Positions 1 to 12,291 are shown, numbered from the stretch's first letter. The stretch is 64,000 bases of DNA from Octopus sinensis (GCF_006345805.1 NC_042997.1:105710001-105774000); one strand, 5' to 3'. The notes: a model not told the origin generated them from the sequence alone. Program-made: numbers and translations.

Positions 1-1405
1 AGGAATTGCAATTAAGATCTGTTGTCGTTAGTGATGTACTTGAGTTCATTTTCGTGCCTCAAAATGTAATATAACCCTATGCTTTTTGTTAAATCCTCCG
101 ATTTACACCAAAAACATATGGTAGCAGAGATCCCTTTTACAATAGACGCAAGGCCTGAAATTTTGGGGACAGGGGGATAGTCGATTACATCGCCCCCAGT
201 GCTCAACTGGTTGTTATATTATCGAACTAGAAATGATGAAGGGCAAAAATCGACCACAACAGAATTTGAATCAAACGCAAAACACGGGCGAAATGTCACT
301 AAGCACTTTGACATGTTAATGATTCTGGCTGCTCAATAACTAATATTGCTGAACGAAATAAGCAGGAAATTGACAGTCATAGACAAATTGGATGCTAAAT
401 TTGAAGACTAACACAAGCAACAGTGACAGGCACCATCAGTGAAATTTTTGCTAAAGTTGAAATCGTAAGGCAAGCAACTTCAGCCAAATTTACATTTCCT
501 TTAAGCAACAATACGAAAAAGAAAGAAAAAATGACAACAAAGTAGCTGTCCAGTGTCTCTGGGGATGCTATTTTGATTAACATATAAACTTTAAAAACAC
601 GAGATTGTGGAGAAATATATTTCTGTTTTTTAGTATAGCAATTTCAAGTGTTTGAAGAACTGGAATGACGATGTCGAAGATTACAGAAAAAGAAAAAAAG
701 AAGAAAGAAAAATATTTACGGTTTAATGAAAAACATAACTTTGAATAAGTCATATTCCAAAGTTGGAAAAAAAGACATTTGTTTTTATCTGTTGCATTAT
801 GTTTCGCGAAGGGGATACTTTTATAATTAAAACTGAAAATTAAAGGTAATCTTGATCTCTGACTTAACGTAGAGGTTGCTTTAGAACACAGATTATTGCG
901 TTAATTACCTTCAGAGAATCTCTCATAAGGACCCATGGAGCACAAGAGCACTAGAAATTGTAATTATTATTAGTACCGAATATTTTTCAGAAAGCATTCG
1001 TTTGTCACTTTTGTTTTCGTTTTTATTCACCCGCACATTTATTTTCAAGAGGTTTTAGATTTGGGGGAGGCTCTCTTCACGCAAGGTTGCTGGGAAGGGA
1101 AGCCTTTCGGTATAGCGGATGCATTACTCATGAAAGGGTGCCTTTGGTGCTAAATTTTAAATCATGATATCAAATTAACTAACCATCTTTCTTACATCCT
1201 TGACACAGGTAAGACGCTATTCTCATTCACTATATTTTTTCCTATCATGCCTTGATTAATTTGGTGATTATTCTGTGACCTAGAAGTATTTTGAATTCTT
1301 ATGTAGTACCCTAGTACATATAAATATATTTATATATCTTCTATAGTTTTTGTTTTGCCTAAACGGCTACTAAAGTTAGTATCTTTAGTAATAATATCGT
1401 ACTTT

Positions 1406-1481
<76 letters not shown>

Positions 1482-1564
1482 CCACACAAAAAAAACAAAA
1501 GACGAAGACAGGTGGTATAGACAACAAACAGATGTATTAGTTTAAATCTCGGGAAGTGAAAAAG

Positions 1565-1601
1565 TCTTTAACGTTTCGAGCCTACGCTCTTCCACAGAAA
1601 G
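1565..1601 (-). ncRNA. Minimal type I hammerhead-ribozyme-like motif (variant core CUGUGGA)
   Basis: Minus strand reads CTTT-CTGTGGA-A-GAGC-GTAG-GCTC-GAA-ACGT-T-AAAG: 4-bp stem I, 4-bp stem II, palindromic ACGT helix III. Confidence 0.55.
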
Positions 1602-1608
1602 GAACGTA

Positions 1609-2878
1609 CGACGGGCGTTCAATAAATAATGCCCCTGACCCACTTGCAGTTGTTTGATCTAGCTGAAATTTTGCATGTGCACCTATTTATACCTCTATAG
1701 ATTAAGTGGTGAATTACAGCTCTGAACTAATTGTGGTTTCTGATTTACAGGTGTTTGAACTGAGTCAAGTGTGAAATGGAGCCTGTTGAGTGTCGAGCAG
1801 TGATCTGGTTTTTGTATTTGAAAGGACGCACACCACGGGAGACTTTTGATGAAATGAAAGTAACTTATGGTGATGATGCCCCATCATATGACCTTGTAAA
1901 ACGCTGGCATTGTGAATTCAAACATAGTCGGAACTCTGTGGAAACAGCTCCCAGATCTGGTCGTCCCCTTCTGCCGTTGATGAGACGTCTGTCCGTCAAG
2001 TTGAGGCTGCCATTTTGGAAGGTCAACGCATAACTATTAGCCAAATAGCCCATAAGGTCAAGATTAGTACCGGGTCTCTGGAAACTATCATTCATGACCA
2101 TTTGCATATGCAAAAGGTGTCTGCCAGATGGATTTCCAGGTTGCTCACACCTTTCCAGAAGCAAGAACGCGTTGAGTGCTCGAGGATGAATTTAGAGATG
2201 TGTCAAGAAGATGAGTCAAAATTTTTCAGAAGACTGATCACACAGGATAAAACCTGGATCTATCACTATGATCCAGAGACCAAAGCCCAGTCAATGCAGT
2301 GAAAGCTCCGTGACTCACGTCCTCCAAAGAAGGCAAGGGTGCAGCCCTCCGCTGACAAGGTTATGCTCACAGTCTTCTGGGACCAGGACGGAGTAGTGAT
2401 GACAGATTTCCTGGCAAAGGGTACCACAATTACAAGAGCCTATTATGCTTCACTTTTGAGGAAATTAAGAGAAGCTATCAAAATCAAGAGGCGGGGCAAG
2501 ATCAGCAAAGGCATCCTCCTCCTGCAGGACAACGCTCCGGTCCACAACTCGCGTGTCGCCAGAGCAGAAGCACAGGCGTGCAGCTATGAACTCCTCCCCT
2601 TGCACCCTCTGATTTTCACCTCTTCCCAGCCATGAAGTTGATTTTGAAAGGAAAACGTTTCCCAGATGATGCAGCCTTGATTTCTGAAGTCACGTCGTGG
2701 TTGGAGGACCAAGCTGGGGTCTTCTACAAAAACGGTCTCCAGAGCTGTATCAAACGATGGGAGAAATGCATAACTCTGGATAGTTCCTATGTAGAAAAAG
2801 ACTAATAACTGTGCCAAGTGTCGTTGCTCTACTGCTATGGGAAGTGGGTCAGGGGCATTACTTATTGAACGCCCCTCG
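1609..2878 (+). mobile_element. Full-length mariner DNA transposon (irritans/Himar1-like), inactivated
   Basis: TA at 1607-1608 and 2879-2880. 37-bp TIRs CGACGGGCGTTCAATAAATAATGCCCCTGACCCACTT vs CGAGGGGCGTTCAATAAGTAATGCCCCTGACCCACTT (2 mismatches). Length 1270 bp, with internal transposase remnants. Confidence 0.97.
1776..2805 (+). pseudogene. Mariner DD34D transposase pseudogene
   Basis: ORFs 1776-2033, 2015-2302 and 2339-2635 join into a transposase: HTH (..APRSGRP), KVSARWISRLL, ITQDKTWIYHYDPETKAQSMQ, KVMLTVFWD, LLQDNAPVH, DFHLFP..KRWEKC..YVEKD*. Lesions: frameshift near 1967, TGA at 2300-2302 where W is expected, and a deletion removing YSPDLAP near 2605. Confidence 0.95.
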
Positions 2879-5156
2879 TAGGAAGAAACAAAGAGAGAAA
2901 ATAGAGAATGTGTAGTGGACGCTATTCTCATTCACCAAAATTTTATTTATTGTTTATAGTTATTTTTCGCCAAATAGACACACGCACTATATTTTGTTAT
3001 TTCTTCATTCGTTTATTACTGTTATTTTATTATTTTAACGCCTGTCCATTGCCCGGAAATCTTTCGTCACACATCTGTGACCACTTCAGTGACACTTTTC
3101 GTTTCTGTGGCCTTCCCTTCAGCTCCAACCTCTCACACCAATGTGCAGCTGCTGTTCTAAAACCCTAGAAAATAAAAGAAAGGTACAGTTCCTGTATTCC
3201 TGTGTGCATGTGTCTGCGCCCCCAGAGTTGCCATCGTAGTAGCTATTGTTGTTGTTATTACCATCGTCGGCACCGTCGCTGCTGCTGACCGTGTTAGTTG
3301 TGTTGTTGACATCATATTGTCCATCCACGAGGTTTCATGTGTGTATATGGGTCCGCTTCATATGTATACATACCCTTTATATACTTTTATTTATTTATTT
3401 TATCTATCTCTGTCTTCAACAGAAAGAAATAAAGGAAAACAAACGGAGAGAGAATGAAAATAAACGTGTAGAGTTCAGTCCAGCATGGCCAATGACTGAA
3501 AAATAAAAGCGGTTAAAAACAAGGGAGATAATAGTAGTGCTAGTGATCCCAACAAGAGGTCCGCCTGCAAAAGTGTGTGTGTAAAAATGGTGTGTGTATA
3601 AGTGTGTATGTGTGAATAGGGATTAGAGGGGGTGTGTGCGTGTGTAATGTGTGTGTGTAACGTGTGTGTGTTGTGTGTAACAGTTGATGTGTGCTTTTTC
3701 GTGTGGTGTGTGTGTGTGTATGTGTGTGTATGTTGTCAAACAGTCTGCATGTGTACGGTGTATGCATGTGGGCGAAATTTATCTTAGTCTATGTATGTTG
3801 CATGTGTTAATGCGTGTTGCGTGTGAACGTATATATTGTCTGTTTTCAGGTATTATGTGTTTGTGTAGGAGTGGGAGCATATATTGTCTGTGTTCAGGTA
3901 TTATGTGCTTGTGAGGGTGTGGGAGTGTGCATGTGGGTGCTGAGAAGTGATCAGTGCTAGTGTGTCTGGAGTCCTAAGGGGTTGGGGTCAGAAGAGGAGA
4001 GGAGCTGAGGTTAGTGTCAGATGAAATGAGGGGTGCGTTGAGTCCATATGGCGCAAAGGACCGAAGACAGAAAAATAATTCCTCTTCACGGCAAAGGCGG
4101 GAGCCCGGATTGCCCCTGTGCAATGATAATCCGAACACACACATATATATATATATGTATCATATAATATAAATTGGACATGGGAGATCGTTGTATTCTT
4201 TCTTGTCTTGAGGCTCACAGCCAAACGTCTGGGTGGGTTCGCGTGAGATATGGCACATATGTGGAGACGGGTGCATAGATTGGAATGTGGTTGGCACTTT
4301 TCCCTAGCCTTGATAGTTATGGAGAAAATTGATTAAAACTTTTCCTAATGGAATTCCCTTGTTTGTTCCGCCATTAAAACAATCAGTTGCTCACACAGCC
4401 GGCATATACCATTTCGCTAGCAACAAGAGGAGTACAGGATGACAGTCAGCCAAAACTTTCGCTATGCTGTCTCTCTTTTTTCACCTCTTTGTGAGGTTAA
4501 TAATCTTAATCTTTAGTTACAGTTTCTCATTAAAACTACATAATAGGCAGAATTGTCAGATTAAGATAGTAGGGTATTTTGAGGGAGATGTGGCTGCTAT
4601 TTCTACGAAAGTCTAGCTCCCATATAGAGGTTTCAACTTAATTTTCATTCACATATTTGCATTAAGACATCAATCATCACGACACACGCCTTCACTCACT
4701 CTACCTCTCTTTCTGACCCTCTTTCTCTGTCACATACACACGCGCAAGCACGCACGCACACACACACATGCATACACACGTCCATTTCATATATCTTCTT
4801 TCAATTTCTGCTTTCTGCAAATAAAATTTTTACAGATACAACTGCCTACAAAAATAGGGATTAACGCATAATTTCTTTTTATGTTCATAATTAAATCAAT
4901 GTTTTAATGATTAGACAGAGGTCCAATAAAACAGCTCTCAGAAACAGACTACGTACAAATTTGTTCTTCACAACTCCTGAAGATGTTTTCTGACAAGGGA
5001 GTGGAGTCAGGAAATTTTCATACAGCTGGAGGCTCCAATCGAAACAGGGGACCTGAAATAATAAGATTAAGAAACGCTGTTATACATTATGCCTAACCGA
5101 AAACGATCACAGCCACATCATCCAAACAGACCGAGTGAAACCGGTCTTAGCTGCTA

Positions 5157-5235
<79 letters not shown>

Positions 5236-5690
5236 AAACGAAAGAAGGGCACTCAACAAATTTCTTGGGAGTTACATGTATGGATCAAAACAGTTTGGGC
5301 GATACATATATATATATATATATATATAGACAGAGAGAGAGAGAGAGAGAGACATAGACACATACATACATACACACACACACGCACATATAAATATATA
5401 TATATTTATACATATGGGTGTGTGTGTGTGTGTGTAACTCAACAAATAATTACAAACTAACAATTTGTATACATTATTTATTTCTATTTGTGCTAACGGT
5501 CGTTTTTCTTCTTTTTACTTAACAAAACCTTATGGATCACTAATTTCTACGATAAACATCCATTATACAAACATTCAGTTTTTAATCTACTTTTGTAAAT
5601 GTGTGTGTGTGTCTGAGTGCATGTGTGTGTCTGTGTGTGAATGTGTGCGTGCATGTGTGTGTTTGTATGTGTGTGTGTTTGTGTGTGTGA

Positions 5691-5749
<59 letters not shown>

Positions 5750-5938
5750 TACGTTCTTATGTTCCTACAGTTATTCTTTGACCAGTACATGATTTTTTCC
5801 AGTGAATGCTTACTGTTATCCAACTAGTGAGGATCGTTGCACATTCATGGAATTAGCAATATTATGTAAATCCAAGCTCCGTTAAACAAATGCTTTACAT
5901 ACTATTAGTTTCTTACCTTCTTAACTTGAAGTCTTTAT

Positions 5939-6626
5939 GTTTCACCAATAACTAACAAATTAGCAATTACTTCAAATTTTCACCAAAAGCGAATAAGTTA
6001 GCTTATTACAACAGATTTTCACCAAGGTGAGCTGGCGAAATGCTTAGCAGTATTTCGTCTGCCGCTACGTTGTGAGTTCAAATTCCGCCGAGGTCAACTT
6101 CGCTTTTAATCCTTTCGGGGATTAAAAAGTACCAGCTATGCACTGGGGTCGATCTAATCGAATTAATCCCTTCGTCTGTCCTTGTTTGTCCTCTCTATGT
6201 TTAGCCCCTTGTGTGCAATAAAGAAATAAACAAATTTGCTATTTCTTTAGATTTTCACCAATAGCCAACAAATTATCTATTCTGATTTTCACCGAAAACC
6301 AACAAATTACCTATTGCTTCAGATTTTCACGAATAACCCACATTTTAGCTATTACTTCAGATTTTCACCAATAACCAACAAAGTAGCTATTACTTCAGAT
6401 TTTTACCAATAACCAACAAATTAACTATAGCTACAGAATTTCACCAATAACCAACAAATTAACTATAGCTACAGATTTTCAACACTAACCGACAAATTAG
6501 CTATTACTTTAGATTTTTTCCTATAACCAACAAATTCGCAATTCAGATTTTCACCAATTATCAATAAATTTGCTGTTCCTTTAGATTTTCACCAATAACC
6601 AACAAATTAGTTATTATTTTAGATTT
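5939..6626 (+). repeat. 38-bp minisatellite interrupted by a SINE
   Basis: Unit approximately AGATTTTCACCAATAACCAACAAATTAGCTATTACTTC; the period is visible at 6359/6397; roughly a dozen degenerate copies. Confidence 0.9.
6025..6229 (+). mobile_element. tRNA-derived SINE (GAGCTGGC...GAGTTCAAATTCCGCCGAGGTCGAC family)
   Basis: B-box-like GAGTTCAAATT, core GAGGTCAACTTCGC..ATCCTTTCGGGG and tail CCCCTTGTG..AATAAAGAAAT; many homologues elsewhere in the window. Confidence 0.85.
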
Positions 6627-6831
6627 CCTCTTATGCCAATACAAATTGTACATCCTCCCCGTTTAACTTGCAAAATGTTTGTCTTTCCCGCCTTGTATAT
6701 TTATTATACCTCCCGTGCTCCGTTTACTCCAACGAACTTCTTACCCAGAATATTACATTCAATTTAATGCATCTTAACGGCATTACTATATAAAAGTTGA
6801 ATGTGAACTTTTTTCACTGACAAAAATGAGT

Positions 6832-6940
6832 AACGCTGCGATGGACTAGTGTCCCGTCCAGCTGGGGAACACATACGCCATAGAAACCGGGAAACCGGGC
6901 CCCTGAGCCTGGCTAGGCTTTAAAAGAGCGCATTTATTTA
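6832..6940 (+). mobile_element. Probable SINE body/tail fragment of a third family
   Basis: CTGCGATGGACTAGTGTCCCGTCCAGCTGGGG...AGAAACCGGG resembles a conserved central domain of metazoan SINEs (from memory, not verified); ends in a (TTTA)n tail. Confidence 0.45.
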
Positions 6941-7947
6941 TTTTTTTATTTTATGTTATGATGTGTTTTATAATTTTCCGAGTTTTCCTGTAAATAAATA
7001 GAAATGCTTATAACAACTGGAAAATAATGAACAGAAATTCATTTGTCATTAGTTTATTGTACCTAAGTACCAGATCATCCCTGGAAGATTTCCTCAAAAT
7101 TAGATTGAAAATTCTGTTATCTATACAAAGATATGTATATTTTTTTCTTTCGATTACTGGAGACACTTACTTTTTGAAATAATAACGATATGTCAATTAT
7201 CCAAATCTCACTTACACTTATATTTTCAAAATGTAGCGAAGAAGAAATTGAAAATTACTAAGAAATATATGAGTAATTGAATTGTTTATTAGAAGATAAT
7301 ATATTGACGGATATTACTTAATCGTGGCATTATCATTACATTGTAAAGATGATTTCTTTTGACAAATATAATTGTAAATGCTAGAGTTTCTCAAATAACT
7401 GTAGACATCAAAAACAAAACAAAAAGCTATCCTCTGACTCTATAATTATATTAGTAAAATTCAGGATATTATCTCTATCCATCATTAGAGATATTAAATG
7501 CGCATATTTATTGTTCACCTTATTTTATTGACACATTCTATCGATAAAGACAGTTTCATTTAACAACTATAAGCTATGACAGTTTATTTTCCCTGTGATA
7601 ATTGCAAGCATCAAAAGAGAATTTTTGACGGCGTTAATATATTAATGAAATCAATTCTGTTATTTTTATTCCACCATAAGGGATAATAGTTTATATATTT
7701 ATATCTCTGAGCATGTATTAATTCTTTTTATTTTCTTGGCATTCCAACTCAAAGAGAAATAAATGTCTTGAGAATCTAGTAAATTATGAATATAGTACAG
7801 TGACCTCTTTTCTTGCGAAAAATATTCATCTTGTAATCGACCTTCGTGAGCACCTGATAGATATCTTCTGTTCTCGAAGTGACCCATCGAAAAGAGTGTG
7901 TATGTCTGAATGTCCGCGCACACGCATTCTTCCTCTCATAATTTTTT

Positions 7948-7982
<35 letters not shown>

Positions 7983-8051
7983 CTCCCTTGCTTTCTCTCT
8001 CTTTCTCTCTTTCTCTTTCTTTCTCTCTCACACACACACATGCGTATATAT

Positions 8052-8308
8052 GTGGCTGTGTGGTAAGAACCTTACTTCCCAACACATGGTTCTGGGTTCA
8101 GTCCCACTGCGTGACACCTTGGGCAAGTGTCTTCTACTATAGTCGTGGACCAACCAAAACCTTCTGAATGGATTTGGTTGACGGAAACTGAAAGACGCTC
8201 GTCGCAGACGTGAGTGTGTCTGCATGTGTGTATGTGTGTGCGTGTGTGTATGTGAATGTGTGTGTGTATCTGCGTTTCTGTGTTTGTTCACTGACCATCG
8301 CTTGACAA
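8052..8308 (+). mobile_element. tRNA-derived SINE (GTGGCTGTGTGGTAAG...GGTTCAGTCCCACTGCG family), 3' truncated
   Basis: A-box/B-box-like head, GGGCAAGTGTCTTCTACTATAG and GGATTTGG..GACGGAAACTGAAAGA; homologous to copies at 12292, 32247 and 34329. Confidence 0.85.
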
Positions 8309-8324
8309 TCTTTACTTTTTTTAT

Positions 8325-8359
8325 GTTTCTGACGAAAAGCTCCGCTCGAAACGTTAAAT
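8325..8359 (+). ncRNA. Minimal type I hammerhead-ribozyme-like motif (canonical CUGACGA core, weakened stems)
   Basis: GTTT-CTGACGA-A-AAGC-TCC-GCTC-GAA-ACGT-T-AAAT; the first stem II pair is an A-C mismatch. Confidence 0.55.
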
Positions 8360-8789
8360 CCTCCTTCTTTCTTCCCTTTCCTGAGCGTTCAATAACACTA
8401 TCCTTGTTCCACGTCCTCGCATTGTGTTTTCTCTTTGTTCATGTTTGGAGTAACTATATATGTATATTGCAACACATCTCCGTGTTCGGATTGCCCTTGC
8501 TCAGAGGCCATCCGGACTCCCGTTTGCGCCGTGAACAGGGATTAATCTTCTCCCTTCGCTTCTTTACTCCACATGGGCTCAACTCTCCTCCACTTGCCTC
8601 TCTCCCCCTCCCTCCTACTTTCTCCCACCCACTCCTCTTCTCATGCTCCGATACCTACTTCTCTTCACCCCTACCCTCTTTCTCTCTTCTCTCATACCCA
8701 CCTTCCTTTACCCCTTCATCATCAACCCTCCCCCATAAGCCAACCTCGCCCCTACACATTCCTACCCCACCTTCCCTATCCTTCCCATC

Positions 8790-9007
8790 CCACCCCTTCC
8801 CCTCCCTTACACCCTCTCACACATACCCGACCTCTACCCCATCTTCTGCCTACCCACATACCCACCCCTTCCCCTCCCTTACACCCTCTCACACATACAC
8901 GACCTCTACCCCATCTTCTGCCTACCCACATACCCACCCCTTCCCCTCCCTTACACCCTCTCACACATACCCGAACCTACCCCCATCTTATGCCTACCCA
9001 CATACCC
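8790..9007 (+). repeat. 72-bp tandem repeat x3 in the PLE 3' region
   Basis: Unit starts CCACCCCTTCCCCTCCCTTACACC at 8790, 8862 and 8934. Confidence 0.92.
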
Positions 9008-9477
9008 AACCTCTATCCCAACCCTGAGCCTAACCCACACCCCACCCGTGCTTTCCCCACTCTCGTCTCCCCCACCTTCCAACACCATCACACCACACCA
9101 CACTACACCATACCACACAGCACATCACATCACAACACACCACCACGCACACACCAGCACTGACCAATTCCCATCCCCACATTTTCACACCTACACATAC
9201 ACACACGCAAACGTCAAGATCACCAGCCCTCTTTCACACGCACATACGTACTCTCTTACACACACACTCACCTTCGTTTTGGGAGCTCTACTACTTTGTT
9301 ATCTCCCCTATTTCTTAGCTCTCCTGCGTGACCCTTCTGTCGCCAGCGCCATGATAGATTGGTAGCCACTACACAAATTTTTTCTCCCCTTGCTCCTTTC
9401 TGTGTTCTTTTCTGGTGGATTAATTGCAAGTTTGATTCACATTCGCTCGGTTAACCAATTGTTTGCTTTTATAGATG

Positions 9478-9920
9478 CGAGGTCTGATCAATAAGTATCC
9501 TGATTTGCCATAGTAAAGAAGCTAAAACATGTAGAGTGAAGCTCCTCGGAACAGATTGCCCTTGAAGAAACCTGTGTAACGTGTGATCGTCGCATTGACC
9601 ATGACAGAAAAAGTTACCATGGTGATACCTGCTCAGAGGCCTACGCAAAGTTGTAGAAGGTGTATGGAGAGGAGAGTATGAGCCGCTCACAAGTGTGCGA
9701 CTGGTTCAGACGTTTCGAAGATAGCCCAAAAAATGTCGATATTGTCGCACGTTCCTGGGAACCTGCAACCAACAGAAATGGGAAAAACATCGCGGATATG
9801 TGTGCAGCTGTGAGGGGAAAGCGTCGAATCACCATCCGTGAGTTATGAGAAAGTGCGCAGATTAATTACGGTTCAGTTCAGTCCATTATCACCCAGAACT
9901 GCTTTCAGCTGACCAAAAGA
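9478..9920 (+). mobile_element. Mariner 5' fragment (left TIR plus degenerate HTH region)
   Basis: Starts CGAGGTCTGATCAATAAGTATCC; encodes VYGEESMSRSQVCDWFRRFED..RRITIREL. Same family as 56044. Confidence 0.85.
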
Positions 9921-9974
9921 CCATGAGAGCGAATTTGATGGGGGAAATTATATATATATATGTATATATATACA

Positions 9975-10062
<88 letters not shown>

Positions 10063-10089
10063 CGTGTCTACGTCTGTGTGTTTAATGTG

Positions 10090-10895
10090 CGTGAGTGTCT
10101 ATGTTTTTTAGTGTTTGTGTTTGTCTTCTACACCACTTCAAAACTCGGTATTGATATTTTACGTACTCATAACTTAACGGTTCGCGATCAGAGACAGATA
10201 ATATAAGCAGCAGACTTTTAAACAATGTTTAAGTATTAGGATCAATTTGTACGACTAAACACTTCAAGGCGGTGCTTCGACATACCCGCATTTCAATGAC
10301 TGAAACAAACGATAAAGGTAAAAATATGTGAAGACAATTACACAAACTTTGCAAATGCGAAAATATTCTTCTGAAATAATTGAACAGTATGCTTACCTTT
10401 CCGAATGAAGTTTAAAGTAATGATTAACCAGTTCGGTCCCATCCGGGTTTTAATTCTCTGTTGGAAACAAATTGCATTCATAACCATAGAGGTGACTGCG
10501 TGATAAGGACTTTTCTTCCGTACCATTTAGTTCCAAGTTTAATCCCACTGCATGGTACTTTGGGCGAGTGTCTTCTATTATAGTCTCACGCCTTTATGAG
10601 TGGATTTGGTAGACGGAAGCTAAAAGAAGCCCATCGTTTATGTGTGTGTGTGTGTGTGCGTGTGTGTGTGTGTCTGTGTGTGCGTGCGTGTATTTGTCCT
10701 CCACCACCGCTTGACAACTGGTACTGGTGTGTTTACGTTCTCGTTACATAGTAGTTTCGGCAAAACAAACCGATAGAATAAGTACCAAGCTTTAAAACAT
10801 AAATACTAGGGTTGATTCAATCGACTAAAAACAAAATCTTCAAGGTGGTGCCCGAGAATGGCCACAGTTTGATGACTGAAACAAGTAAAAGTAAA
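10090..10895 (+). mobile_element. Two degenerate SINE copies (tail at ~10090-10320; near-complete copy at ~10535-10895)
   Basis: CTTGACAAC..GGTGTGTTTACG, GATAGAATAAGTAC, CGACTAA..AAGGCGGTGC and ATGACTGAAACAAGTAAAA motifs shared with the 34329 copy. Confidence 0.75.
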
Positions 10896-12291
10896 ACAAG
10901 AAAAGTGAAAAGAACTCAAACAGTTCCGGCATAAAACCTTCTCAGAAGTCTAGTTATGCAAACCTACAAATTGCTCCAGGGAGGTTATTTATATGAATGC
11001 GTACCTTGCAGTATTCGAACGTCTGCTTGGTCTCACAAAATGGTAGTAATAAATTTGGTTCGTACCAAATTGACTGTGACCAGATATTATGAGCTCACAG
11101 TTGGAGTTCCATGATGATGATACTGTATCCCTTGAAATATGACTATAATAAGGGGTTAGATATCATTGGGATATTCAATCCCCACTTTAATATACGCTAC
11201 ACAGATATTTATCCCTTCATCTGCAACGTGCAATATCTTTATGTCTTTGTTAGTCATATTTTAGATGCTGGGCTCCTTCACATGAGGCCAACAGGGCACT
11301 TTACTCCTTCATATGAAACCAATGAGTTTTGTCTGAAAACCCAACCACCTGAAGTCTTCTACGATTACACTAAGTGACGTAAATTGCAAATTATACGTCG
11401 GATGAGATATCTCCTGTAATGTTAATAAAATATGATGGATAATGATGACTATAATATAATAATGGTGGTGGTGGTGAAGTAGAAGAAGAAGAAGAAGAAG
11501 AAGAAGAAGAAGAAGAAGAAGAAGAAGAAGAAGAAGAAAGAGAAGAAGAAGGAAAAGAAGGGACGTTGCACTGGTACACAACGAAGCGTAAATATCAAAT
11601 GTAAATTGAATGTTCCCACAGGAGTGACAGACAGACAGGCAAACAGGCAAACAGACAGACAGATAAATACTTACTTATACTTATATACTACATGCAAAAC
11701 ATACCAACATACTTACAAAGAGGTTGGTTTTTATTGGACCCGTCTAGCAACCGGTTAGCGATTTCAATACCTTCTAATGAGACTCTTAAGGACGGAGTAA
11801 TATTAACTGAATAGTTCTCATAGATATTAAACAGCTTGAGAAGGTTTTCGAGTGACTTACCCCAAGATTATAGATGAGTTCATTTAATCCAATATCTGGA
11901 ATATCATATGATGAAGGTATTTCTTGCTACTTGAGTTGGTTGAGATCAACTTTTATGCTAATAAAGGCATCATGGGAATATGTCTTAGAATTTTATGGTC
12001 TTGAAACTTCTATTTACCATATTTTATTTCTTTAATTTTCTTCATTCATTATCTATCGTTTTACTTAATGTATATACAGACGCATGTGTAGCAAAAACAG
12101 AGATAGAAAGACACATGGGTGTATTCATACATGCAATCATAAACGCACATGCGAACGCACAGTTATAGACATATATGCATATGGGTTTGTGTGTGTCTGT
12201 GTTTATCAATAGACAAACATATGTATACATATACATGTGTGCGTGTGTGTGCATGTGAGTATGAGTATTTATATATATATATATATTTACC

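Larger units (their letters stand above)
1478..2917 (-). mobile_element. 3' end fragment of a Penelope-like element, split by the mariner insertion (PLE parts ~1478-1608 and 2879-2917)
   Basis: Reverse complement of 1480-1606 matches the PLE end at 16870-16985 (GAAGAGCGTAGGCTCGAAACGTTAAAGACTT ... CCACCTG.CTTCGTCTTTTGTTTTT). Reverse complement of 2881-2918 (CCACTACACATT...) matches the PLE 3' region at 9366. Confidence 0.75.
8320..9419 (+). mobile_element. 5'-truncated Penelope-like element: upstream hammerhead/pLTR module, GIY-YIG C-terminal tail and long C-rich 3' region
   Basis: 8470-8585 encodes QHISVFGLPLLRGHPDSRLRREQGLIFSLRFFTPHGLN, homologous to 15885-15998. 9295-9419 matches 16725-16875 (TTATCTCCC.TATTTC..CGCCATG..GATT.GT.AGC.ACT). 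Confidence 0.85.

Noticed and set aside
1195-1215. Strong splice-donor-like CAG|GTAAGA (also GACG|GTGAGT near 40632)
   Set aside because: Isolated motifs with no identifiable upstream coding exon.
4970-5060. CTGAAGA...GAAAC with internal hairpins
   Set aside because: No U-H cleavage site in the right place and no stem I pairing.
5939-6626. Regular ~38-bp repeats reminiscent of a CRISPR array
   Set aside because: Repeats are contiguous with no unique spacers, there are no cas genes, and the context is eukaryotic.
8573-9163. Pro/Ser/His-rich ORFs here and at 15988-16380 (apparent C-terminal extension of the PLE protein)
   Set aside because: C/T-rich tracts lack stop codons by composition, and the two copies share no peptide similarity past GLNSPP.
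11111-11377. 88-aa non-repetitive ORF (similar cases at 7699-7923, 30341-30631 and 44140-44358)
   Set aside because: No recognisable domain and no convincing paired splice sites; lengths are within chance expectation. BLASTx or RNA-seq would be needed.
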